DNA of 64,000 nt from contig CAXXHB010000002.1 in assembly GCA_963664815.2 (NCBI GenBank), forward strand, positions 768,001 through 832,000, read 5' to 3'. Numbering within the stretch: the first letter of the stretch is position 1; every line of letters begins with the position of its first letter. This document shows positions 1 through 9,626 of this stretch, in pieces. This stretch comes from Spirochaetota bacterium. Lineage in GTDB: Bacteria; Spirochaetota; UBA4802; UBA5550. The translations under genes were made by a program, and so were the position numbers. The notes under the pieces were generated by a model. The model was not told the origin of the DNA. It worked only from the letters and a program-made list of their open reading frames with translations, and searched no databases.

Positions 1-1
1 T

Positions 2-916
2 GATGATGATGACATCAAGTTTCTCCAGGGGGTGCCGGCGGGGCTCTTCCAGTTTGAAATAGGGATACAATCTACAAAATCGGAAACGTTAAGAGAAATT
101 AACCGTTACGGATCATGGGCGAGCGCTGAGAAGAAAATAAGAGGACTTGTGGAATCCGGGAATATACATCTCCATACTGACTTAATAGCAGGTTTACCAT
201 ATGAGGGATTTGACAATTACAGCGGATCTTTTAACAGCGTCTATTCTCTTGGAGCTGAGCATTTTCAGTGTGGTTTCCTTAAGGTTCTACCGGGAACTGA
301 GATGCGGGAAAAATCAAAAGATTACAGGATTCTATACGACCATCTCCCTCCATATGAAATTATTGAGAACAAATGGATTACTGCTGAAGAAATGGAGAGA
401 CTAAAGCTAATCAGCGAACTTGTGGATCTTATTCATAACTCAGGGAATTTTCCAGATGCAGAAAAGTTTTTTATATCACTTTATAAAACTCCATTCAGTT
501 TTTTTAACAGACTGGCAGATTTTTTTAAAAAGAACAATAACGCAGGCCACAGGCGATGGGAGTACATTGCAGGGATTCTGCTTGATATGATTGAGAAAGA
601 TTTCCCCGTTTCAGTTCCTATGCTGCTTGATAATATGAGGTGGGATTGGTGCAGCGTAATGAAACATCACCATTTTCCGGAACTGTTAAAGTCAGGTTTA
701 ACCATCGAAGCGAAAAGAAAAGGATTCAGGTTTTTCAATAATTTTCAAAGCAGTGAAGATATTAATTATGCCGGAATTATGTTTAGAAAAAGTGATCTAA
801 GGCGTTCCATTTTTTTTTCTCCTGAAACGGAGGAGTTCATGAATAGTAAGATGAAAAACAAAATGGCTATGTTCCTCCCTGACAAACAAATAGTTTTTTT
901 TAATGTGGAAAAATAG
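2..916 (+). CDS. Radical SAM protein, C-terminal part (B12-binding radical SAM/DUF4080-like); 5'-truncated by the window edge
   Basis: Frame is open from position 2. Motifs QFEIGIQS, HLHTDLIAGLPYE and GFLKVLPGT are typical of the C-terminal half of this radical SAM family. Confidence 0.8.
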   Translation, partial: DDDDIKFLQGVPAGLFQFEIGIQSTKSETLREINRYGSWASAEKKIRGLVESGNIHLHTDLIAGLPYEGFDNYSGSFNSVYSLGAEHFQCGFLKVLPGTEMREKSKDYRILYDHLPPYEIIENKWITAEEMERLKLISELVDLIHNSGNFPDAEKFFISLYKTPFSFFNRLADFFKKNNNAGHRRWEYIAGILLDMIEKDFPVSVPMLLDNMRWDWCSVMKHHHFPELLKSGLTIEAKRKGFRFFNNFQSSEDINYAGIMFRKSDLRRSIFFSPETEEFMNSKMKNKMAMFLPDKQIVFFNVEK

Positions 917-920
917 AAGA

Positions 921-949
921 TTGACAAAAAATACCGATTGGTATATTCA
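921..949 (+). promoter_or_regulatory. Sigma70-type promoter of the tetR gene overlapping a palindromic operator ATACCGATTGGTAT (931-944)
   Basis: TTGACA at 921-926 and TG-n-TATATT at 939-947. ATG at 957 has no SD, so the mRNA is probably leaderless. The operator matches the palindrome at 1573-1590. Confidence 0.7.
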
Positions 950-956
950 GTTCAAA

Positions 957-1556
957 ATGGATGAATCAAAATCAGAAAAAACCCGGAAATATATTATAGA
1001 GATTTCCGCGCCAATTTTTAACATGAAGGGTTATTCGGGAACCTCTATTTCGGATATTATGTCAGAGACCGGATTAACTAAGGGTGCTTTGTACGGCAAT
1101 TTTGAAAATAAGGATGAACTAGCACTAGCTGCACTTGAATATAATCTCAGATGGGTATCCTCCATTCTCTTTGAAGAAGCTGAGAAAGAGAATAATGCAT
1201 GCGCCAAGCTTGCTGTTTTTGCAGAATCTTACAGAAAATATCATGATTTTTTTTTAAAAAAAGGGGGATGTCCCGTGATGAATGCTGCAGTTGATTCCGA
1301 TGACGGCCACCCTCTGATAAAAAAGCGGGTTGAGAAGTTTATCAGAACATGGAAGAAAGCTTTGATACGGATTATAGAAACAGGAAAAGCAAATAAAGAA
1401 ATTAAACCTGATATTGATTCAGAAAGATTTTCAAGCGTTTTCATCTCTCTTATTGAGGGGAGTGTTACTCTTTCGACAACTACAGGTGATCGGATATATT
1501 TAGATATGTCTGTTGATCATATATTATCGCTGGTAAAAGAGATGAAAGCAGGATGA
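957..1556 (+). CDS. TetR/AcrR family transcriptional regulator
   Basis: N-terminal HTH (FNMKGYSGTSISDIMSETGLTKGALYGNFENKDEL) and GCP motif in the C-terminal domain. Start moved from 903 to ATG 957 because the upstream part overlaps the previous gene and the promoter. Confidence 0.93.
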   Translation: MDESKSEKTRKYIIEISAPIFNMKGYSGTSISDIMSETGLTKGALYGNFENKDELALAALEYNLRWVSSILFEEAEKENNACAKLAVFAESYRKYHDFFLKKGGCPVMNAAVDSDDGHPLIKKRVEKFIRTWKKALIRIIETGKANKEIKPDIDSERFSSVFISLIEGSVTLSTTTGDRIYLDMSVDHILSLVKEMKAG

Positions 1557-1572
1557 GTTTTTGTGGAATAAA

Positions 1573-1590
1573 TTATACCGATCGGTATAA
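1573..1590. promoter_or_regulatory. Perfect 18-bp palindromic operator TTATACCGATCGGTATAA (likely TetR site)
   Basis: Perfect inverted repeat upstream of the Fe-S genes; near-identical core in the tetR promoter. Confidence 0.8.
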
Positions 1591-1687
1591 AAAAATTTAA
1601 AAGTTGAATAATAAATTAAGAGCTGATGAATTTTAAATTTGTGAAAATATTGAATACTGGAAGATTATTAAAGAAAGAGGAATAAAA

Positions 1688-2761
1688 ATGGAAACAATCT
1701 ATAACAGACTGAGAGAGCATCTTGATTCTATGCCGAATGGATTCCCTGCTTCTGAAAGCGGGGTGGAAATTGAAATATTAAAAAGGGTTTTTACAGAAGA
1801 AGAAGCTTCGCTGTTTATGCAGCTTAAGATGGTATTTGAAACTATACAGAAGATATCGGCAAGAACAGGCATCACAGTTGATTACCTTGAAAAAATACTT
1901 CCCGAGATGAAAAGAAAAGGGCAGATAATGGGGGTAGCGGTAAAGAATTTTTTTCTTTATAAATCTATTCCATACATTGTTGGAATATATGAATTTCAAT
2001 TACCAAGAATGGATAAAGAGCTGGCAATTCTTTTCGATAAATATGATAAAGAGGCTTTCGGGAGTGTTTTTTTCAGTAAAAAACCGGCTGTTTTGAGAGC
2101 AGTACCTGTTGGGATAGAGGTAAAGGATGATACAAAGATTGAGCCATATGAAGATATTGCAGCGCTTATTGAGGGCTCAAAATCATGGTCTGTCAGAGAC
2201 TGCATCTGTAAAACAGAAAAATCACTTCTGGGGGAAAAGTGTGACAAACCACGAGAGGTATGTCTATATTTTTCACCGGCTGAGTACGCATTTAACGATG
2301 ATCCGGTAAATCGTGTAATAACAAAAGAAGAAGCTTTTCAAATATTGAAAACATCTGAAGAGGCTGGCCTTGTGCATATGACATCTAATGTAAAGGCAGG
2401 TGTATATTTTATATGCAACTGCTGCAGCTGTTGCTGTGGTGTGCTTAGAAAATATATTGCAGTGAGTAAAAATGCGGCTGCAAAGTCAAATTATATTGCA
2501 GTTGTTGATACTGATGCATGTATTGCCTGTGGCGCGTGTGAAGGAAGGTGTCAAGCGGATGCAATTAGAGTAAAGGAATACGCTGTTATTACAGACTGCA
2601 TAGGGTGTGGACTCTGTATATCATCATGCCCGGTTGAAGCGATAAAACTTGTGAAAAGGAGAGAAGCCGATTCTGTATCTGTTCCGGCCAATGAACTTGA
2701 ATGGATGGATATACGGGCGAAAGAAAGAGGCATGAGTGATGAATATAAAAAAATGATTTAA
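1688..2761 (+). CDS. 4Fe-4S dicluster domain protein (ICNCCxCCC family), paralogue 1
   Basis: CxC...C...C, CNCCSCCC and two CxxCxxCxxxC ferredoxin motifs; SD GAGG upstream. Confidence 0.88.
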   Translation: METIYNRLREHLDSMPNGFPASESGVEIEILKRVFTEEEASLFMQLKMVFETIQKISARTGITVDYLEKILPEMKRKGQIMGVAVKNFFLYKSIPYIVGIYEFQLPRMDKELAILFDKYDKEAFGSVFFSKKPAVLRAVPVGIEVKDDTKIEPYEDIAALIEGSKSWSVRDCICKTEKSLLGEKCDKPREVCLYFSPAEYAFNDDPVNRVITKEEAFQILKTSEEAGLVHMTSNVKAGVYFICNCCSCCCGVLRKYIAVSKNAAAKSNYIAVVDTDACIACGACEGRCQADAIRVKEYAVITDCIGCGLCISSCPVEAIKLVKRREADSVSVPANELEWMDIRAKERGMSDEYKKMI

Positions 2762-2810
2762 TATAACCGGGCGTTTGAAATAATTTTAAATTAAAAGAGG
2801 TTTCAATAAA

Positions 2811-3884
2811 ATGAAGTCAGTTTATTACAAGCTAAGAGAACATCTTGATACAATGCCTAACGGATTTCCTGCTTCTGAAAGTGGAGTTGAAATTGAAATC
2901 CTGAAGAAAATATTCACAGAAGAGGAGGCTTCATTATTCATTAATCTTAAGCTGAAACTGGAAACCCCACAGCAGATATCTGAAAGGACAGGTATTAAAC
3001 TGGAAGTTGTTGAAAGACTTCTGCCGGAGATGAAGAAAAAGGGGCAGCTTCTGGGAATAACAGTAAAAAAATTCTCTTTATACAAAGCTATCCCGTATGT
3101 GTTTGGAATATATGAATTCCAGTTAAAAAGAATGGATAAAGATATGGCTCTTCTCTTCGAAAAGTATGATAAAGAAGCTTTTGCTGAAAATTTTTTCTCT
3201 ACCAGTCCTGCCTTAATGAAAACTATCCCGATTGGCATTGAGGTAAATGATGATACAAGGATTGAGCCATATGAAAGTATCACCGGGATACTTGAAGGAG
3301 CTAAATCATGGGCAGTCAGGGGTTGTGTATGTAAAACGGAAAAATCTCTTCTCGGAAGGAAATGCAGCAAACCGATGGAAGTCTGTCTATCTTTTGCACC
3401 TGTTGAAAATGCGTTTGATGATGATCAATCGGGTCGTGCAATAACAAAAGATGAAGCTTATAAAATATTGAAAATGTCTGAAGAGGCCGGGCTTGTTCAT
3501 ATGACATCAAACGTTAAGTCGGGTCACTATTATATTTGTAATTGCTGCAGTTGCTGTTGCGGACCTTTAACAAAGTATATAACGGTAAGTAAGAATGCAG
3601 CAGCAAAATCAAACTATCAGGCAATTGTGGATAAATATGCATGCATATCCTGCGGAATCTGTCTTGACCGGTGCCAGGCAGATGCGATTGAGTTGAATGA
3701 TTTTGCAATTATTACGAATTGTATCGGGTGCGGGCTTTGTGTCTCCACATGTCCTTCGGGTGCAATTAAACTGGTAAGGAGAGACAGCTCGGATAGTCTG
3801 CCTGTTCCGTCTGATGAACGGGAGTGGATGGAGATGAGGGTAAAAGAGAGAGGCATTGGAGACGGGTATAAAAAGATGCTTTAA
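2811..3884 (+). CDS. 4Fe-4S dicluster domain protein (ICNCCxCCC family), paralogue 2
   Basis: Same length (357 aa) and same Cys motifs as 1688..2761; tandem duplicate. Confidence 0.88.
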   Translation: MKSVYYKLREHLDTMPNGFPASESGVEIEILKKIFTEEEASLFINLKLKLETPQQISERTGIKLEVVERLLPEMKKKGQLLGITVKKFSLYKAIPYVFGIYEFQLKRMDKDMALLFEKYDKEAFAENFFSTSPALMKTIPIGIEVNDDTRIEPYESITGILEGAKSWAVRGCVCKTEKSLLGRKCSKPMEVCLSFAPVENAFDDDQSGRAITKDEAYKILKMSEEAGLVHMTSNVKSGHYYICNCCSCCCGPLTKYITVSKNAAAKSNYQAIVDKYACISCGICLDRCQADAIELNDFAIITNCIGCGLCVSTCPSGAIKLVRRDSSDSLPVPSDEREWMEMRVKERGIGDGYKKML

Positions 3885-3981
3885 TATAAATATGCGGATT
3901 TGATTCTTATTTGTATATTTAAGAACATAAATATGCCTTATGATAATTCTTTCTGCTTTTAGCTTTTTTTACATGAGGAAA

Positions 3982-5802
3982 TTAATCTCTGTAGATAAGC
4001 ATAAAACAGTTTTTGCAATCGAATTCAACCCTGTATTTAATATTTTCATCAATGAGATAAAACGGTTCTTTGAATTTTTCATTATTAATGTTCTGTTTAG
4101 GACATAGAGAGTTCTCATATTTAAAGCAAAGTTTTGTTGTCATAAGTGGGCCCGTTATGCGTCTGTCTGAAGTTTCGAAAGACTTTTCGATTATTTCAAC
4201 TCCATGTCTCCTGTAAAAAATCTCCGCAAGATGATTACTTACATTATGCCTGAAGTCAATTTTTTTATACGGGTATGTTATATCAGTTTTTTTTATTTCC
4301 GATGTAGTGATCTTATAACCATCAAGCCGTGCTTCGAGAATCTTTTCAACGACTGTGCGGCGCATGTTATTTAATGTGCTTAACGGTATAAAATAATTAT
4401 CTGTCAGCGAAATTTTAACATCAGATGCATTAAATAAAGTTCCTCCAAGTTTAGAAAGCTGAATTTTTATCTTTTCAGAACCAGTTTTTTCTGAGTGAGA
4501 TATTTCTTTAGGGTCATCAATCTCAACTGAAGCAAAAAAATTATCTTCGTCAGTTATAGAAAGTTTAAATCCGCTTTTTGTATCCGAGAAGCTCATTGTC
4601 GCATCAATTTTACGTACAGTTCTGCTGACGGAAAGATTTTTTTCGAATAATATATCGTGGTTACGGTAGACTATTGCATCTTTAAAAATACCATTCATTG
4701 AAAGAGGAAAAATTGTATAATGATCAACTCTGTTAACTTTAATGCCGAATAAATTTTTTTCTTTATCAAAGAAAGCAAGTCCGTCACCGTTATTTATTTT
4801 TTCATTTGTAATCAGTTTAAACCAGTTATTTCCTGTCTCTGAAATTTTGCCTGTCTCTTTTCCAGTGGATTTGGGTGTGTAAGGCGAACTTATAGGATCA
4901 GATCTTTCTTTCAGATTGTAACTTGTATAACTACGGTTAAATGTTTTATGAGGATCTGGTATAAAATCGAAATAGCTCCTTCCGGAAGATGCTTTAGTAA
5001 TATCGCTTCTTCCTTCGAGTATATTATCAAGTGTTATTCGGTAATGAGACACTACATTTTTTACATAGTTTATTTCTTTAAGTCTACCTTCAATTTTAAG
5101 GGAGTTTATACCTGCATCAATGAGGTCTTTTAAATTTAATGTCTGGTTCATATCACGAAGAGAGAGTTGATATCTGTTTTTAGAGATAATCTCATCATCT
5201 GCGTCTGCTAATGTGTATTTTTTTCTGCAGGGCTGGGCACATTCTCCACGATTGGCGCTTCTTCCGCCCATAGATACGCTCATATAACATCTCCCGCTGA
5301 GACTTACACATAGTGCACCGTGAATAAAAAACTCAAGCTCACATTTTGTTTCTTTCCGTATATCCTTAATTTGTGGAAGAGAAAGTTCACGAGCAAGGAC
5401 AATACGCGGGAAGCCTATACTGTCGAGGAACTTTATCCTTTCAGGATCGTAATTGTCAGCCTGTGTACTTGCATGAAGTGGTATCCTGGGAATATCCATT
5501 TCAAGTATACCCATGTCCTGTATAATTACAGCGTCAGCCCCGCTGTTGTATATATCCCTAATAAGTTTTTCAGCATTTTCAAGATCATTATCATAGAGAA
5601 TTGTATTTATTGTTGCATATACTTTTGCATGATACATGTGCGCATGCCGCACAAGTTTTTCAATATCTTTGAGAGAATTAGATGCGGCTGAACGGGCTCC
5701 GAATTTTTCCGGGCCTATGTAAACCGCATCAGCGCCGAAATTTACGGCAGCAATGCCGGTTTCGAGGTTTCTGGCTGGAGCAAGAAGTTCTAATCTGCGC
5801 AT
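3982..5802 (-). CDS. rlhA: U32 family protein, probable 23S rRNA 5-hydroxycytidine synthase (RlhA-like)
   Basis: LELLAPA, GADAVYIG, HASTQ, HGALCVSLSGRC, SANRGECAQPCR and LKIEGR motifs; ~600-aa long form with Cys-containing tail. Confidence 0.8.
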   Translation of the reverse strand: MRRLELLAPARNLETGIAAVNFGADAVYIGPEKFGARSAASNSLKDIEKLVRHAHMYHAKVYATINTILYDNDLENAEKLIRDIYNSGADAVIIQDMGILEMDIPRIPLHASTQADNYDPERIKFLDSIGFPRIVLARELSLPQIKDIRKETKCELEFFIHGALCVSLSGRCYMSVSMGGRSANRGECAQPCRKKYTLADADDEIISKNRYQLSLRDMNQTLNLKDLIDAGINSLKIEGRLKEINYVKNVVSHYRITLDNILEGRSDITKASSGRSYFDFIPDPHKTFNRSYTSYNLKERSDPISSPYTPKSTGKETGKISETGNNWFKLITNEKINNGDGLAFFDKEKNLFGIKVNRVDHYTIFPLSMNGIFKDAIVYRNHDILFEKNLSVSRTVRKIDATMSFSDTKSGFKLSITDEDNFFASVEIDDPKEISHSEKTGSEKIKIQLSKLGGTLFNASDVKISLTDNYFIPLSTLNNMRRTVVEKILEARLDGYKITTSEIKKTDITYPYKKIDFRHNVSNHLAEIFYRRHGVEIIEKSFETSDRRITGPLMTTKLCFKYENSLCPKQNINNEKFKEPFYLIDENIKYRVEFDCKNCFMLIYRD

Positions 5803-5855
5803 GATAATACCAATGTTTTATTACACAAGTACGGTAACTAAATATTCTATTTTAA

Positions 5856-6632
5856 TTAACACAACGTAAATTTGTCGCTGTCCTTCCATGCAGGAAATGA
5901 TTCCCTGTAGGATAAAAGCCCGGAGTATGAGAGTTCAACTGTTTGTACGCATTCTTCGTCATTCGCATGAAAAAGGGTATTACCGAAAAAATCTATGATG
6001 GATGACCCGCCGTTGTAACTTAATCCGTTACTGTCAGAACCGATACGGTTAATTCCTGCTACATAACACTGGTTTTCAATAGCACGGGCGCGTAGAAGAA
6101 TGTCCCAATGTGAATCTCTTACAGCGGGCCAGTTAGCGGTGAATATTGCAAGGTCATAATTCATCATTGAATTGCGGCTCCAGACAGGAAACCTCAAATC
6201 ATAACATATAAATGGCCGGATATTCCATCCTTTGAGATTAACTTTAAGGTGTGAATTGCCGGGGGAATAAATTTTATCCTCACCGCCCATGCGGAACAGA
6301 TGTCGTTTATCGTAAGTAAATATTATGCCGTCAGGATTTATCCATACAAGTCGGTTATAGTAATGATTGTTTTCATTTATAGCGATACTTCCGGTTATGG
6401 ATATATCAACTTCCCGGGAAAGCCGAAGGAGAAAATCTATGGAAGTCCCGTTCATCTCTTCGCTGACATCTTCCGGCTTCATTGTAAATCCGGTATTAAA
6501 CATTTCAGGGAGGATTATTAAATCTGATTGTGAGTGAATTTTTTTTATCATCGATTCTATATGATCAAGATTTTTGTCTGTATCATGCCAGATTATTTCA
6601 GGCTGGATAATGGTAATTTTCAGATTGTTCAC
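5856..6632 (-). CDS. Nitrilase-family amidohydrolase (YafV/omega-amidase-like)
   Basis: LPEMF, YDKRHLF and ICYDLRFP carry the E-K-C catalytic triad. Confidence 0.9.
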   Translation of the reverse strand: MNNLKITIIQPEIIWHDTDKNLDHIESMIKKIHSQSDLIILPEMFNTGFTMKPEDVSEEMNGTSIDFLLRLSREVDISITGSIAINENNHYYNRLVWINPDGIIFTYDKRHLFRMGGEDKIYSPGNSHLKVNLKGWNIRPFICYDLRFPVWSRNSMMNYDLAIFTANWPAVRDSHWDILLRARAIENQCYVAGINRIGSDSNGLSYNGGSSIIDFFGNTLFHANDEECVQTVELSYSGLLSYRESFPAWKDSDKFTLC

Positions 6633-6878
6633 AAACTAAATTCTCCTAGAATATATGAATGTTTAATTTTGACTTTTACATGTTTTAATGCAAGAAAAAT
6701 TTTTTATGTTAATCAATACAATATGATCAAACTGTGATGAATAAAAATCAGGTTTTGTCTTTGAAAAAATTAGCTTTACAATGAAACTGTCTTTGCTGGG
6801 ATATAATACAGGAAAACATGTTGAAGAACCTCCTGGAAAAAGATATAAACGGTTTGAAGTGAGTTTGAGGATTATGAA

Positions 6879-8018
6879 ATGAAGAAAAAGAAAAGAAAAA
6901 TGTTTGCAGAGCTTATTGAAAAGTACGTGGGTGAAGGGTGTGAACCTGAATGCAGGTATTTCGGCGAGTGCGGCGGATGTATGTTCCAGAATATACCATA
7001 TGAAAATCAGCTATTACTAAAGAAGGAATATATAAATTCAATATTTGGGGAAATGTATTTGGTCGATTCTGTTGCGGCGTCAAATCCCTACAGTTACAGA
7101 AGCAGAATGGATATGGTGACAGCATTCGGAAAAAAAGGTCTTCGCAGGGCAGGGAGTTTCCGTCATGTTGTTGATATTGAGACATGCTCTATTATGCAGA
7201 ACCGATCTGACGGGATGTATGGCAAGGTGAGAAATCTTGTTGAAAAAATTGAAGATTATGATTATATTAAACATGAAGGTTATTTAAGATATATAGTTCT
7301 CCGTCAGGCACGGTTTACCGGTGAAATGATGGTTAACTTTGTAGTCTCGAAACCTGAAAACAGGTTCGGTTTTATTCTCTATGATTTGATAGAAGAGGTT
7401 GATTCATCTTCTCTTATATTGAGTGACGGACTGGCCGATCTTAACTACGGTCAAATTTTCCAGACTCTTAAAAAAGGTTTTATAACAGAGTCCTTTGACG
7501 GCATAGATTACATGATAACACCGAATTCATTTTTTCAGTCAAATTCTGAAATGGCACTTAAGATGTACAGGAAAATTCTTTCTCTAACAAAGGGAAAGAC
7601 TCTTGATCTTTACTCAGGCGTGGGGAGTATATCGCTTTTTGTGGCATCCGCAGCGGAGAGTGTAACCGGAGTGGAAGTGATACAGGAGGCCGTGGATGTC
7701 GCGGAGAGAAATCGAGAGAATAATGAAATAGAAAATGTTAACTTTATATGTGCAGACGCCGGCGAGTACATGAAAGATAATAATGGAAAATTTGAAACAC
7801 TGATACTTGATCCTCCAAGAACCGGTATACATCCAAAAATGCTGAAGGAAATTATTGGAATGTCTCCGGAGAGAATAATATATATGTCATGCAATCCATC
7901 AACATGCAGAGACGACCTGAAGATGCTTGAAGGATACCACATTGATTTTCTGGAGGCATATGATATGTTTCCGCAAACACCGCATGTTGAAACTCTTACT
8001 CTTCTAACAAGAAAATAA
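6879..8018 (+). CDS. RNA m5U methyltransferase (RlmD/TrmA family), lacking a TRAM domain
   Basis: CRYFGECGGC Fe-S motif, SFFQSN, DLYSGVG, DPPRTG, YMSCNP, DMFPQTPHVE. Confidence 0.88.
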   Translation: MKKKKRKMFAELIEKYVGEGCEPECRYFGECGGCMFQNIPYENQLLLKKEYINSIFGEMYLVDSVAASNPYSYRSRMDMVTAFGKKGLRRAGSFRHVVDIETCSIMQNRSDGMYGKVRNLVEKIEDYDYIKHEGYLRYIVLRQARFTGEMMVNFVVSKPENRFGFILYDLIEEVDSSSLILSDGLADLNYGQIFQTLKKGFITESFDGIDYMITPNSFFQSNSEMALKMYRKILSLTKGKTLDLYSGVGSISLFVASAAESVTGVEVIQEAVDVAERNRENNEIENVNFICADAGEYMKDNNGKFETLILDPPRTGIHPKMLKEIIGMSPERIIYMSCNPSTCRDDLKMLEGYHIDFLEAYDMFPQTPHVETLTLLTRK

Positions 8019-8019
8019 A

Positions 8020-9210
8020 ATGTTTGATAAAATCGAAAACAGTGCACTAAAAAGAAGGGTAAAAAATCATCTGATTGGCAGAGAACATGTTTTCTTCGCG
8101 GTTATTCAGCCCGGGTTTGAAAAAACGGCCCGTCGGGAGCTCCAGGATATAGGGTTGAAGCTGTGTGCTGATTTCATCGAAGGTGGTATTGAGTTTACCG
8201 GCAGGCTTGATTCATGTTATAGCGCTTCGCTTCTTTCTCGAACAACCGGAAGAATAATGATGCGTGTAGGGGAGTTAAGAGCTGCAAACTATTATGAACT
8301 TGAGAGACTAATAAGATCCTTCCCATGGGAGCTTTACATTTCTTCCGGAATGGAGATAGTTTTCAGAACGAGTACTGCGAAATCAATGATTTATCATACA
8401 GGAAAGCTTGAGGAGATATTTTATGCGGGAATCAGCGAGAGGCTGAACAGATTTAATATTAGTATCGAAAGCGGAAAGTTGTTAACACGTCAGACAATAT
8501 TTTTAAGGAATTATAGGGATCTTTGCACTGTAAGTCTGGATGCGTCGGGAGAATTCTTATATAAAAGAGGAGAAGGAAAAAAAACCTGTCAGGCACCGTT
8601 GCGTGAAACTACAGCTGCGCTGATACTTCTTGAAGCAAAACTCGGCGGATACGGGCAGATACTTGATTCTATGTGCGGCTCCGGAACATTCAGCCTGGAG
8701 GCGGCATCAATCCTCGCAAAATCTCTTCCCGCCGGCGAAAGGGAATTTCCATTCATGCACTGGCCAGGTTTCAGGGGGAGCTTATTCCGGTTTATAAAAA
8801 ATACTGCCTTGATGAATGTTATCACTCAGGAAGAACTTGTACAGAAGATAATTACTACTGATATTAATGAAAATGTTGTAAAAACAGCAAAATCAAATAT
8901 TCCTGAACGCTTTAATAAGATTATACAACCGTATGTTTCCGATTTTTTCACGATACCCGGAAGTATCACCAATGGTATAAAAACACTTATCGTACTTAAT
9001 CCCCCTTATGGGAAAAGACTTGATGATGGCACAGATAAATTGATCTACCGCGAAATAGGAAAAAAGATACGCAAGGATTTCAGTAACTGTGGTTACGCGA
9101 TTATTGTCCCGGGAGAGGAAAAGGAAAATGTGCTCGGACTTGCTTATGACAGAAAAATTCCATTTATGAATGGAGGAATAAAAGCTGCTGTAATTTTTAA
9201 AGATGCATAA
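8020..9210 (+). CDS. THUMP-domain RNA methyltransferase (RlmL-like)
   Basis: APLRETTAA, DSMCGSGT and NPPYG motifs. Confidence 0.85.
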   Translation: MFDKIENSALKRRVKNHLIGREHVFFAVIQPGFEKTARRELQDIGLKLCADFIEGGIEFTGRLDSCYSASLLSRTTGRIMMRVGELRAANYYELERLIRSFPWELYISSGMEIVFRTSTAKSMIYHTGKLEEIFYAGISERLNRFNISIESGKLLTRQTIFLRNYRDLCTVSLDASGEFLYKRGEGKKTCQAPLRETTAALILLEAKLGGYGQILDSMCGSGTFSLEAASILAKSLPAGEREFPFMHWPGFRGSLFRFIKNTALMNVITQEELVQKIITTDINENVVKTAKSNIPERFNKIIQPYVSDFFTIPGSITNGIKTLIVLNPPYGKRLDDGTDKLIYREIGKKIRKDFSNCGYAIIVPGEEKENVLGLAYDRKIPFMNGGIKAAVIFKDA

Positions 9211-9221
9211 CATTTTTAATC

Positions 9222-9620
9222 AAAATCCTTGCGGGATCTATACTACTGATTTATTCATATTTCTTTCCGGAAAATCGGGAATTCTTTTTTATTAAAAAAG
9301 GAACGGACCTCTTTAATATTAAATTGTTATCCACATCAGCTCCCGAGGTACTTTCTGCTGAAATGAATAAGGTTGACCATTCGTAAACAAGAGACAGTTA
9401 CTTTGGAAATACCCTGCTCATAGTATTGCTTAAGTATAGAGCGTCGTTACAGAATTGTTATAGCTCAGTTACAGTTCCGCTGAAAAGACCGAAAATATAT
9501 GTTTTTGGCCGTATGTTACTGGATTGTTATGTATCTTCGAGGCAGCTATAGCGGAATTCACTGCTGTCGGCAGATATTGACCATGGGTTGTAAAAAGACA
9601 GAATCAGTTAAAAAATGAAA
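9222..9620 (-). ncRNA. Candidate sigma28-dependent non-coding RNA with repeated motifs
   Basis: ORF-free and more GC-rich than the flanking AT tracts. Sigma28-like promoter at 9627-9653, several hairpins, repeated TAAC and ATGGTCAA motifs, and a weak hairpin plus U run at 9222-9239. Confidence 0.4.
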
Positions 9621-9626
9621 TTTTTT

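Noticed and set aside
9300-9620. CRISPR array or small protein genes in the repeat-rich intergenic region
   Set aside because: Repeats are short and irregularly spaced, with no cas genes. The ATG-initiated ORFs checked are only 7-14 codons and lack a clear SD.
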